Shown: piece after piece, positions 9,413 to 17,837 of the stretch
Position numbering within the stretch: position 1 is the first letter of the stretch
Layout of the letters: each line of letters begins with the position of its first letter
The notes under the pieces: generated by a model
What the model was told of the DNA's origin: nothing
Databases searched by the model: none
Seen by the model: the letters and a program-made list of their open reading frames with translations, nothing else
Position numbers and translations under genes: made by a program
Virus record (IMG/VR): IMGVR_UViG_3300016667_000581
Location: 1 to 60,553 of that record
Reading direction: 5' to 3' (one strand)
From: a virus
Taxonomy: Duplodnaviria; Caudoviricetes
DNA: 60,553 nucleotides

Positions 9413-10224
9413 GAACAATTAATGTAAATCTGCTGGATACTAATTTTTCTCACATAGAATATTCAGTACCAAATAAGAAATTTGAAGCGATAAAATATCG
9501 AAGAAACAATTTTAATAACTCAGATGTTTTTATTTTTACTGACAATTTTATAAAAGAAAATTTAATAAAAACAATTATTGCAAAAAAAATTGCTATGCCT
9601 CTTGAATGTAGACAAATGATACCTGGTGTATATGAATATTTAGAGAAAAATTATCATATTTTTGATTATATTTTTACTCACGATATAAATTTACTTAGTA
9701 AGATACCAAATGGAAAATATTTACCTTTTGGTGGATGCTGGATAAGAGAGCCAAAAATTATTAAAAATAAAAACAAAAAAATATCTATGTTTGTTTCTGA
9801 AAAACATTTTCTTGAAGGGCATAAATTTAGACACACAATTCTACAAAAGTTTAATAATTTTGGAATAGATTTTTATGGTAGATCTATAAAACCTGTACAG
9901 TTTAAAGAAGAAGGTTTAAATGACTATATGTTTTCAATAGTAGTAGAAAATGCTAAAATAGATGGATATTTCACAGAAAAATTAATAGATTGTTTATCGG
10001 TTGGGACCATTCCAATTTATTGGGGTTGTTCTAATATAAAAGATTATTTTGATGATAGAGGTATATTTTCATTTGATTCACTAGAAGAGTTAGAAGAACT
10101 CTTAAGTAGAATAGATGAAAAGTTTTATGAGAATAAATTAGAGTATATTCAAAATAATTTTGATATTAGTTTGAAATATGATATGCTAGAAAAACACTTA
10201 TATTCTTTATTAATAAATGTTTAA
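9409..10224 (+). CDS. GT10-family (alpha-1,3/4-fucosyltransferase-like) glycosyltransferase
   Basis: YMFSIVVEN...GYFTEKLIDC...GTIPIYWG matches the GT10 FucT motif. Confidence 0.82.
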   Translation: MRTINVNLLDTNFSHIEYSVPNKKFEAIKYRRNNFNNSDVFIFTDNFIKENLIKTIIAKKIAMPLECRQMIPGVYEYLEKNYHIFDYIFTHDINLLSKIPNGKYLPFGGCWIREPKIIKNKNKKISMFVSEKHFLEGHKFRHTILQKFNNFGIDFYGRSIKPVQFKEEGLNDYMFSIVVENAKIDGYFTEKLIDCLSVGTIPIYWGCSNIKDYFDDRGIFSFDSLEELEELLSRIDEKFYENKLEYIQNNFDISLKYDMLEKHLYSLLINV

Positions 10225-10239
10225 CAAGGTAAAATTTAT

Positions 10240-11145
10240 ATGACTACGTTAATAACTGGTGGGAATGGCATGGTCGGCAAATTCCTTCAAGAAACGGGTT
10301 TAGATGGTATCTATATCTCTTCCAAAGATTGCGATTTGACAGATCAAAAACAAGTTGATAGACTGTTTAAAGAGTTAAGACCAAAGAAAGTGGTTCATCT
10401 AGCCGCCAGAGTAGGAGGAATAATTGAAAATCTACAATATCCGTTAGAATTCTTAGAAGAAAATATATTGATGAATACTTTTGTATTACAAAATTGTAAC
10501 AAGTATGAAGTAACTAATTGTTTATCACTATTAAGTACCTGTATATATCCTGATATTTCTAAAATATACCCTTTGACAGAAGAACATATATTCGATGGAC
10601 CACCAGCAAAATCTAATTTTTCGTATGCCTATTCCAAGAGAACTTTAGCGGTTCAAATTGAGTCCATCAATAAACAATATAGAAGAAATTATAATTATTT
10701 AATACCTTGTAATTTATATGGAGAATATGATAGATTTGATGAAAGTTCTCATTATGTGTCTTCTTTAATTAGAAAAATTCATGAAGCTAGTAAAGCAAAT
10801 TCAGATTCAATTCAAATATATGGAGATGGTACACCTCTAAGACAGTTTATGCACGCCAAAGATCTAGCAAATATAATAAAAATATTTTTAGATCATAATA
10901 TAACAGAGAGTTGCAATGTCTGCAATCAGGAGTTATATAGTATTAAAGAAATAGCAGAGATTTCTCTTAATGCTACGAATAACCAACATATTGGTATAAG
11001 ATATGATAGCTTGAAGCCAAATGGACAATTTCGTAAAGATGTAACAAATAAGAAACTATTAAATATAATAGGAAATTACGATTTTATAAATTTAGCCGAT
11101 GGTGTAAAAAAGGTGTATGAATATTATGATAAAATTAGTAAATGA
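10240..11145 (+). CDS. GDP-4-keto-deoxysugar epimerase/reductase (Fcl/WcaG or ColC GDP-L-colitose synthase)
   Basis: TGGNGMVG, HLAARVGGI, STCIYP (catalytic Cys), YAYSK, PCNLYG, SSH (catalytic His) and GDGTPLRQF. Confidence 0.92.
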   Translation: MTTLITGGNGMVGKFLQETGLDGIYISSKDCDLTDQKQVDRLFKELRPKKVVHLAARVGGIIENLQYPLEFLEENILMNTFVLQNCNKYEVTNCLSLLSTCIYPDISKIYPLTEEHIFDGPPAKSNFSYAYSKRTLAVQIESINKQYRRNYNYLIPCNLYGEYDRFDESSHYVSSLIRKIHEASKANSDSIQIYGDGTPLRQFMHAKDLANIIKIFLDHNITESCNVCNQELYSIKEIAEISLNATNNQHIGIRYDSLKPNGQFRKDVTNKKLLNIIGNYDFINLADGVKKVYEYYDKISK

Positions 11146-12280
11146 TACGATTAACAAAGAAGACATAGAGGCTTTATGTGAATGGTTAAAACAAGAGGAA
11201 ACCCCTCAATTAACAAAAGGTCTTTTGACCACAAAACTACAAGAACAATGGGCTAAAAAAATAGGAACAAAATATTCTGTTTTTGTAAATTCCGGTTCTT
11301 CTGCTATATTGCTAACATTGAGTGCCTTACAGCAGATGGGAAGACTAAGAAATAATAAGATTGTTGTTCCGGGATTAAGTTGGCATACTGATGTTTCTTC
11401 ACCCCAAATTTTGGGAATGGAAGTGATTTTATGTGATTGTAATTTAACAGACCTATCTTGTGATATTACACATCTAGAAGAAATATTTATAAAAGAAAAA
11501 CCTTCTTCTCTTATCTTAGTTTCTGTGTTGGGGTTAGTACCAGATATGGATAAAATTTTAAATCTATGTAATAAATACGAGGTTTTGTTATTAGAAGATA
11601 ATTGTGAAAGTGCTGGTAGCAAATATAAAAATATAAATTTAGGTAATTTTGGACTTGCCTCTTTTTATTCTTTTTATTACGGACACCATTTAAGTACAAT
11701 TGAAGGTGGTTTTATAAATACTAACGACTATGAACTATATCAAGTTCTTTTAAGCATTAGAAGTCACGGTTGGGATAGGGATAACGATGTAGAGTTTCGT
11801 AATACACTAAGAAAAAACTGGCAAATAGATGAATTTAATTCGTTATACACTTTTTATTACTCAGGGTTTAATTTTAGAGCTACAGACCTACAGGCATTTA
11901 TAGGTTTGAGACAGATAGAGAATCTAGATAAATTTTCTCAAACAAGATACAATAATTTTAAGCTCTACTTAAATAAAATAAAAAATAACATGCTCAACAT
12001 TTCAGTAGACTATAATTTTGTTTCAAATTTTGCATTCCCAATTCTATCAGATAAAAAAGAACAAATTGTGAATATCTTAAAAAAGAACAATATTGAATGT
12101 CGGCCTTTGATTGCTGGCTCTATGGGTCTACAACCTTTCTGGATTAAGAAAAACGGAGTTGTAAATTTAAAGAATTGTAATTTGGTACATCAAAACGGTT
12201 TATATATTCCAAACAACCAGAATTTAACTCCTGAGTTGGTGGATTATATTAGCTTCTTGATAAATGAAGCGTTAAAATGA
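11126..12280 (+). CDS. colD: ColD-type GDP-4-keto-6-deoxy-D-mannose 3-dehydratase (DegT/PLP family)
   Basis: FVNSGSSA, LEDNCES and SFYYGHHLSTIEGG, with His in place of the PLP-binding Lys. RSHGW is ColD-like (RAHGW) rather than E1-like (RDWGR). Start probably ATG 11126. Confidence 0.8.
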   Translation: MIKLVNDTINKEDIEALCEWLKQEETPQLTKGLLTTKLQEQWAKKIGTKYSVFVNSGSSAILLTLSALQQMGRLRNNKIVVPGLSWHTDVSSPQILGMEVILCDCNLTDLSCDITHLEEIFIKEKPSSLILVSVLGLVPDMDKILNLCNKYEVLLLEDNCESAGSKYKNINLGNFGLASFYSFYYGHHLSTIEGGFINTNDYELYQVLLSIRSHGWDRDNDVEFRNTLRKNWQIDEFNSLYTFYYSGFNFRATDLQAFIGLRQIENLDKFSQTRYNNFKLYLNKIKNNMLNISVDYNFVSNFAFPILSDKKEQIVNILKKNNIECRPLIAGSMGLQPFWIKKNGVVNLKNCNLVHQNGLYIPNNQNLTPELVDYISFLINEALK

Positions 12281-12978
12281 AAAAAATATTAGTATTTATT
12301 TGTTCTTATAATTCTAAAAACTATACTAGAAAAGTATATGATGAATTGACAGGATGCACAGAATTTATAGATATTATTATAATAGACAATTCTAACTTGC
12401 AAGAGGAAATCTGTGATTTTGGTAATTGCTATCATATTGGTTTTGAAAATGTTGAATATGGTGGAATGCATGATTATATCTTAAAAATGCCAATCTTAGA
12501 AAAATATGATTTCATAGGTATTTTTAATAATGACATACATGGATTCACATTAGAACACTTTAACAATCTACAAAAATATCTCACATCAGACGTAGGATAT
12601 CTTTCTTTTAGTATCTCCTCAGAATTTGATAAAGTTGTGGAACATGCTAGCAATGGCGTAATGCACAATAGAGAAAATTCAAATTTTAGAATTGTAAATT
12701 TTATAGAAAATATAGCCCCAATATATAATAAAACATTGATAAAAGAATTACAAAAATATATTCCAATACACAAATATGCATTAATAGATTTTTTAATGTC
12801 AAGAAAAAGTACAGAATTAGGATTAAAGAATCTCATTATAGATGAAAATTATATTCACCATATGCGATCCGGTGTGAGAAAGAAAGTCGGTAGCTTTTCT
12901 TCTTATCAAGCTAATGCAGACTTGGAAACTAGTAAGTGGATTGGACAACATCCAGAATTGCAGAAATATTTTATTTAA
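12277..12978 (+). CDS. Glycosyltransferase, GT2-like
   Basis: VFICSYN, IIIIDNS, IFNND and IHH motifs of the GT-A fold. Confidence 0.72.
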   Translation: MKKILVFICSYNSKNYTRKVYDELTGCTEFIDIIIIDNSNLQEEICDFGNCYHIGFENVEYGGMHDYILKMPILEKYDFIGIFNNDIHGFTLEHFNNLQKYLTSDVGYLSFSISSEFDKVVEHASNGVMHNRENSNFRIVNFIENIAPIYNKTLIKELQKYIPIHKYALIDFLMSRKSTELGLKNLIIDENYIHHMRSGVRKKVGSFSSYQANADLETSKWIGQHPELQKYFI

Positions 12979-12997
12979 ATAAATTATGGAATAAATA

Positions 12998-13978
12998 ATG
13001 AAAACAGCTTTTATAACAGGAATCACGGGACAAGATGGTTCTTATTTAGGAGAATTACTTTTATCAAAAGGATATAAAGTAATTGGCTTGAAAAGAAGAA
13101 CATCATCAATAGCCACAGAAAGAATAAACTCGGTGTTTAATAATCCTAATTTTAAATTAGAATATTTTGAGTTAGATGACCCGATATCATTCTATAGATT
13201 GCTACAATTATATAAGCCAGACGAAGTTTATAATTTAGCTGCACAATCCCACGTTCGGGTATCATTTGATATTCCGATCTCAACCATAAATACAATTGTT
13301 AATGGTACGTTAGGATTACTAGAAGCGGTAAGAAATTTTAGAGATATCAAAGAGATAAAGTTCTATCAAGCTTCTTCTTCTGAAATGTTCGGTGATAACC
13401 CAAACGCCCCCTTTAATGAAGAAAGTATTTTAATGCCTGCTTCTCCTTACGCGAATGCGAAAGTTTTCGCCCATAATCTAATGAGGAACTATCGTAAATC
13501 ATATGATATGTTTTGTACATCTGGCATTTTATTCAACCACGAATCACCCAGAAGAGGAGAGACATTCGTTACTCGTAAAATAACTCTAGCTGCTGCTAGA
13601 ATAAAAGCGGGGTTGCAGGATAAGATATTTTTAGGAAATTTAGACGCCAAACGTGACTGGGGCTTTGCTGGTGATTATGTAGAAGCTATGTGGTTGATGT
13701 TACAGCAGCGGCAAGCAGACGATTTTGTTATAGCAACAGGAGAAACTTATACAGTAAGAGAATTCCTGAGCGAAGTATTTGAATATGCTGGGTTGGATGT
13801 TGAAAAACATCTGGTCATAGATCCTAGACTTTACAGACCTCATGAAGTACCGTTTCTTCTTGGTGATAGCACCAAAGCTAGAAATGTTTTAAATTGGGAA
13901 CCCAAAGTTAAGTTCCGAGAACTTGCTAGAATGATGTATGATTCTGACTATGAAAACACAATTAGGAGTAACAAATGA
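12998..13978 (+). CDS. gmd: GDP-mannose 4,6-dehydratase
   Basis: TGITGQDGSYL, NLAAQSHVRVSF, YQASSSEMFG, SPYANAK, LFNHESPRRGETFVTRKI and RDWG. Confidence 0.97.
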   Translation: MKTAFITGITGQDGSYLGELLLSKGYKVIGLKRRTSSIATERINSVFNNPNFKLEYFELDDPISFYRLLQLYKPDEVYNLAAQSHVRVSFDIPISTINTIVNGTLGLLEAVRNFRDIKEIKFYQASSSEMFGDNPNAPFNEESILMPASPYANAKVFAHNLMRNYRKSYDMFCTSGILFNHESPRRGETFVTRKITLAAARIKAGLQDKIFLGNLDAKRDWGFAGDYVEAMWLMLQQRQADDFVIATGETYTVREFLSEVFEYAGLDVEKHLVIDPRLYRPHEVPFLLGDSTKARNVLNWEPKVKFRELARMMYDSDYENTIRSNK

Positions 13979-14187
13979 CAACAGAATTTCAACTTTCCGA
14001 TCAATCAATCGGAGCAATTATGATGGCTCTTCAAAAGTCCCTTATGGAGCAAAGCGACATTGTTCCTGTCCTAAAGGGACTTCGTTTCCGTCTATCAGAT
14101 TCTGGCCTTGTGGTTATGAATCCGCCAATCGTAAAGTTTGACGACGATTTCCTTACGGAAGCAGAAGAAGCTGATGCCGAGGTATGA
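13975..14187 (+). CDS. Small hypothetical protein
   Basis: 70 aa with RBS AGGAG and ATGA overlap; backbone-like codon usage. Confidence 0.7.
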   Translation: MTTEFQLSDQSIGAIMMALQKSLMEQSDIVPVLKGLRFRLSDSGLVVMNPPIVKFDDDFLTEAEEADAEV

Positions 14188-14428
14188 TTATCTCTGCCAC
14201 GACTGCCAAAAGACATTTACCGTCGCTCATGGAATGAACGAACAACTTTCTTTCTGTGAGTGCGGTAAGTCCGGTAAGGTGGAGCGACAATTATCAGATC
14301 TTTTTTGTAAAAGTGCGCCTTCCACCTTGCGTAAGGCTGGTAATGTGGTTAAAGAGTATATAGAGCAAACAAAAATGGATCTCCTTGAAGAAAAGAGATC
14401 TCTAATGAAGGAATACGATGACAATTGA
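14174..14428 (+). CDS. FmdB-family zinc-ribbon protein
   Basis: MPRYDYLCHDC...F...CECG...VERQLS is the typical FmdB start and motif. True start is ATG 14174. Confidence 0.82.
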   Translation: MPRYDYLCHDCQKTFTVAHGMNEQLSFCECGKSGKVERQLSDLFCKSAPSTLRKAGNVVKEYIEQTKMDLLEEKRSLMKEYDDN

Positions 14429-14822
14429 GATCAACTGGTGGACAATAGCTTTTATTTTATCCCTCGCCGGTATCGTTTTCCTCGTATCCTACATTAGATT
14501 TTTGTTGAAGCAGCTTACCTTTGTTTCAACGAACCTTACCGAACTAAACAACGAAGCCATTAGTTTCGCAGCACATCTAAAAAGCGTTTATGAATTAGAA
14601 GCTTTCTATGGCGACGAAACTTTGAATGGTCTTCTTGAGCATAGCATGTACTTCACATCCAAGGTTGATAAGTTCTCCGAGGTCATGGACCTAACAGCAG
14701 AACCAATTGACGAGATGGAAGAAGATGATTCCGAGGAATTAGATGACGAAACAGAGAATAAGCCGCAGCCCCAAATCAACCAAGAGATATTTTACGCAGG
14801 AACACGAAGACGCAATTCTTGA
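14418..14822 (+). CDS. Membrane-anchored protein (N-terminal TM, coiled coil, acidic tail)
   Basis: WWTIAFILSLAGIVFLVSYIRFLL hydrophobic helix; HLKSVYELEAFYGDETL core. Confidence 0.75.
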   Translation: MTIEINWWTIAFILSLAGIVFLVSYIRFLLKQLTFVSTNLTELNNEAISFAAHLKSVYELEAFYGDETLNGLLEHSMYFTSKVDKFSEVMDLTAEPIDEMEEDDSEELDDETENKPQPQINQEIFYAGTRRRNS

Positions 14823-15444
14823 ATACGTTGCTTCTTCGGATCAAAGAATAAGGACCGAACTTTATACAAAGCTTATCGGTCCAGCCTTTGATGAAATGGT
14901 TGATAAGATTGTTTTTACTTACAAGTTCACAACCTTACCAAACATAGAATATCTAAGAGATGAATGCAAGATATGGTTGATAACCATTCTTGATAAATAC
15001 GACGTTTCACAAGGCTCAAAAGCCTTCTCATATTTCTCGGTCATTACTAAGAATTGGTTTATTCATAAGGTCAAACGAAAGTCCAAGAAGAACCAAACCG
15101 AAGTAGACATCCAAGAAATGCCAAAGGACTTGGAACATCGTTATATGTCTGTTGAGAACCCTTATGAAGCCAACAGAGAACACGACGAACTAATAGACAA
15201 CTTACGAGCCAATATGATAGACTGGATGGAAGACTCGGATAAACCTAATGATGAAAAGGTTATCAAAGCAATCCAAGTCCTCTTTGAATCGGCCCACGAA
15301 ATCGAAATTTTCAACAAGAAAGCTATTTACTTATACCTGCGAGAGATTACTGGTTTGAACACCAAGCAAATCGTATCTTCTCTCAAACGAGTAAAAGTTC
15401 ACTATAACGAATTTCGAAAGGATTGGGACGAGGAAAATGAGTAG
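14743..15444 (+). CDS. Phage RNA polymerase sigma factor (T4 gp55-like, region 2)
   Basis: KYDVSQGSKAFSYFSVITKNW resembles sigma region 2.3 (KFDP..G..FSTYA; gp55-type NAFAYFT). C-terminal helical part REITGLNTKQI. RBS GAGGA. Located at the start of the structural module. Confidence 0.72.
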   Translation: MTKQRISRSPKSTKRYFTQEHEDAILEYVASSDQRIRTELYTKLIGPAFDEMVDKIVFTYKFTTLPNIEYLRDECKIWLITILDKYDVSQGSKAFSYFSVITKNWFIHKVKRKSKKNQTEVDIQEMPKDLEHRYMSVENPYEANREHDELIDNLRANMIDWMEDSDKPNDEKVIKAIQVLFESAHEIEIFNKKAIYLYLREITGLNTKQIVSSLKRVKVHYNEFRKDWDEENE

Positions 15445-15733
15445 AGACTTAGACAAACATTTAGCCAACGCTATCAAGAACATAGAAGAAGACCGAGAAG
15501 TTACCAGAGAACTTCTTGACGACGTAATGCGTCTTTTAGCCAAGGACGAAGAGAACCACAAGTACGCAGGCCAAGTCGCAGCGAAGTATGTAGAAACGCT
15601 CCAAAGGTCCAACGAACAGCTTGTGAAGATAGTTGGAATGCTCCAGAAGGAAAACACCGCAACAGCGGCTATTACCGATATGGATAAGAACAATATTTTT
15701 GACCTACTTCAGAACGAGAAGGATAACAACTAA
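15437..15733 (+). CDS. Helical hypothetical protein, possibly terminase small subunit
   Basis: 98 aa, two amphipathic helices (KYAGQVAAKYVETLQRSNEQLVKI), weakly reminiscent of T4-like TerS. Confidence 0.35.
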   Translation: MSRDLDKHLANAIKNIEEDREVTRELLDDVMRLLAKDEENHKYAGQVAAKYVETLQRSNEQLVKIVGMLQKENTATAAITDMDKNNIFDLLQNEKDNN

Positions 15734-16833
15734 TGGCAGGATATAAACTTCCTTCTGATGCTATGGTTGTAGCAAATCAGAAAGAAAATACCACTATCCA
15801 AGATTTCTCAGCACAGTCGGCTGACCCAATCACAACTATTAAAGAAGCTACAAGGCAATCGCTTTTTGCTTCAAAACAGACCGAAGTAACCGAGAGAATA
15901 GCAGAAATTATATCTGTTAGAAGCAATATTACACTCCCAGCAGAATTGAGTTATTTTGGCGAGCAACAAATATCAGAAGAATATAAAAAACAAAAATGGT
16001 ATTGTGCCATATGTCGTATTCTAGACTTACACGGAGTAACACCAGATCCAGATATTATAGTAGATGCTTCAAGTGGAATGAACAGTTTCAAAGATATTAC
16101 AAGAATGCGCTTGAATATTGGTAAGTTTTATTGTCCCGTAGAAGCCCTTGAAGGTAAGGGAAGAAAACCACTAAAGATAGGTCAATGGCTTGTCGTTGAA
16201 TTCCAAGATAAGACTCTCATGACAAATGGAATAATAAAAGACGTATACATCTCGCCAGATTTATCTCGCGAAGAAGCAGCCGATGGTAATGAGAAAACAG
16301 CAAGCGAAGCTATCGCGGAGGGAGAAACACTTCCATATGGAACAGTATTGGATACTGCTCCAATGGGTGCAATGTATATAAATCCTTTAGGAGATATCCC
16401 CGCTACATTAACGTCCGACTACGCTCTTCTTAGAAAGAGTACAGGACGCCCCCACCGAGCTTTGGACATAGTTAACGGTGCTACAAACGAAAGTGGCGTA
16501 ACTCCAATATATGCAATTGCTCCCGGAGAAGTAACAAGAGTCTGGGAATCTAACGAAGAAGTTGGAAATGCCGTGCAGATAAAACATAGCTCTGGCGCAT
16601 CTAGATATTGCCATTTGGCTAATCCAATGGTATTAGCTGTTGGAGACAAAGTAGAAAACGGTCAAATGTTGGGTTATATGGGTAACACCGGCAATATAAT
16701 TCCTGGTCCTGGTGGAACCGGAGTACACTTACATTTGATAATATATGATGCAAAAGGAAATCCAATTGATGGTAAAACAGTAATTGATTTTACTCCTTGG
16801 ACTCCTGGAAGTCCGCCCCCGGCAAAGGTATGA
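15733..16833 (+). CDS. Baseplate hub-associated M23 peptidase (virion lysin)
   Basis: HRALD (HxxxD), IYAIAPGEV, GNAVQIKH, YCHL, GYMGNTG and HLH. N-terminal OB-fold-like segment (LKIGQWLVVEF). Confidence 0.85.
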   Translation: MAGYKLPSDAMVVANQKENTTIQDFSAQSADPITTIKEATRQSLFASKQTEVTERIAEIISVRSNITLPAELSYFGEQQISEEYKKQKWYCAICRILDLHGVTPDPDIIVDASSGMNSFKDITRMRLNIGKFYCPVEALEGKGRKPLKIGQWLVVEFQDKTLMTNGIIKDVYISPDLSREEAADGNEKTASEAIAEGETLPYGTVLDTAPMGAMYINPLGDIPATLTSDYALLRKSTGRPHRALDIVNGATNESGVTPIYAIAPGEVTRVWESNEEVGNAVQIKHSSGASRYCHLANPMVLAVGDKVENGQMLGYMGNTGNIIPGPGGTGVHLHLIIYDAKGNPIDGKTVIDFTPWTPGSPPPAKV

Positions 16834-16841
16834 GGTGAAAA

Positions 16842-17837
16842 ATGTTTCTAAATGATGCCTTCAAATCTGGTCGTTCTGATGAAAGTCCGCTTGAAAGTTT
16901 GCCTAAAAGCAAAGGTGCTATTAGAGCCTTGACCGCTAGCAGAAAGATGTTTCAGCCAGACTATAGAAAAGAACAGCAAGATGTACTTTATTCAAACCGC
17001 CTTCAAAAAGACAAAGCCTATAATGGTGGTTTAAATGGAGATGAATTACCCGAAAATGTCCCACAGCACAACCCAGCAGACTATGAGAAAGTTTTTGAAA
17101 ACTCTAACAACGCAGTTATAGTCATCGGTAGAGATAGGCCAGGCAGTTTATCAAGCGGATATGGAAATACAGGCGCTACTGGCGCAGGAGCTATTTATTT
17201 AAAGGCCGGTATGGCATTCCCTCCCAAAAGTAAAGGAGTTGAGGAGATATACGCAGAAAACAACTTCAAGACTGATGCCGCTGGTATCTATATTTCACAA
17301 ATGACTGATATTGATAATAATTATGAATTAGCTCACGGTACTATTTCTTTACGAGCAAAGTCTGGTATCGGCATCAAAGCTGACGGAGTAAGAGTAATAG
17401 CTAGAGAAAATATCAAACTTGTTACTGGTCCATTTGTAAAAGAGCAAAACTCTCTTGGTGGTAAGAACATAACTTATTACGGAGTTGATATTATAGCTGG
17501 TAATGACGACACCAACTTACAACCAATGCCACTTGGAAATAATCTAAGAGACTGTCTAGAAGAAATGTTTGGCTTGTTAGGTAGTCTTGCTGCCATGCTA
17601 AATAACACAATAACTGCACAAGAAAGGTTTGAAAATGCTTTGATAAATCACACGCATCAAGGTACAAGTCCGAGTGCAACATTACCAACCGCTCACAGTA
17701 TAAAGTTAGGTAATATGACAAATAATGTAAATACCAAACTCCCAGAATGGAATGAGTATTTGGCTTATGTACAAGATAAGTATCTTAGTACAAACGGCAC
17801 TAAGCCGATTAGAAGCTTACATAACAGGTCTAACTAA
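16842..17837 (+). CDS. Baseplate central spike-like protein (gp5-C/gpV-like)
   Basis: Beta-rich repeats (GIGIKADGVRVIARENIKL), P.PLG motif and NHTH metal-binding spike-tip motif. Confidence 0.6.
   Translation: MFLNDAFKSGRSDESPLESLPKSKGAIRALTASRKMFQPDYRKEQQDVLYSNRLQKDKAYNGGLNGDELPENVPQHNPADYEKVFENSNNAVIVIGRDRPGSLSSGYGNTGATGAGAIYLKAGMAFPPKSKGVEEIYAENNFKTDAAGIYISQMTDIDNNYELAHGTISLRAKSGIGIKADGVRVIARENIKLVTGPFVKEQNSLGGKNITYYGVDIIAGNDDTNLQPMPLGNNLRDCLEEMFGLLGSLAAMLNNTITAQERFENALINHTHQGTSPSATLPTAHSIKLGNMTNNVNTKLPEWNEYLAYVQDKYLSTNGTKPIRSLHNRSN

Larger units (their letters stand above)
7075..13970. other. AT-rich acquired glycan-biosynthesis cassette
   Basis: Abrupt compositional and codon shift (ATA/AGA/TTA) starting about 7075. 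Spot counts give about 20% GC at 8761-8820 versus about 53% at 6661-6720. Backbone usage resumes around the end of gmd. Boundaries are approximate. Confidence 0.75.

Noticed and set aside
11126-12280. Perosamine synthase or another DegT aminotransferase
   Set aside because: The Schiff-base Lys is replaced by His (GHH), which marks 3-dehydratases.
4657-13978. Glycosylation locus as bacterial chromosome contamination or a classical O-antigen/Gtr conversion locus
   Set aside because: It is contiguous and translationally coupled with phage genes, fused in frame with a backbone GT4, and lacks wzx/wzy/gtrAB membrane components.
17191-17198. Additional CTATTTAT inside the spike gene
   Set aside because: Mid-gene, about 640 nt from the next start, and explicable by the Ala-Ile-Tyr codons.
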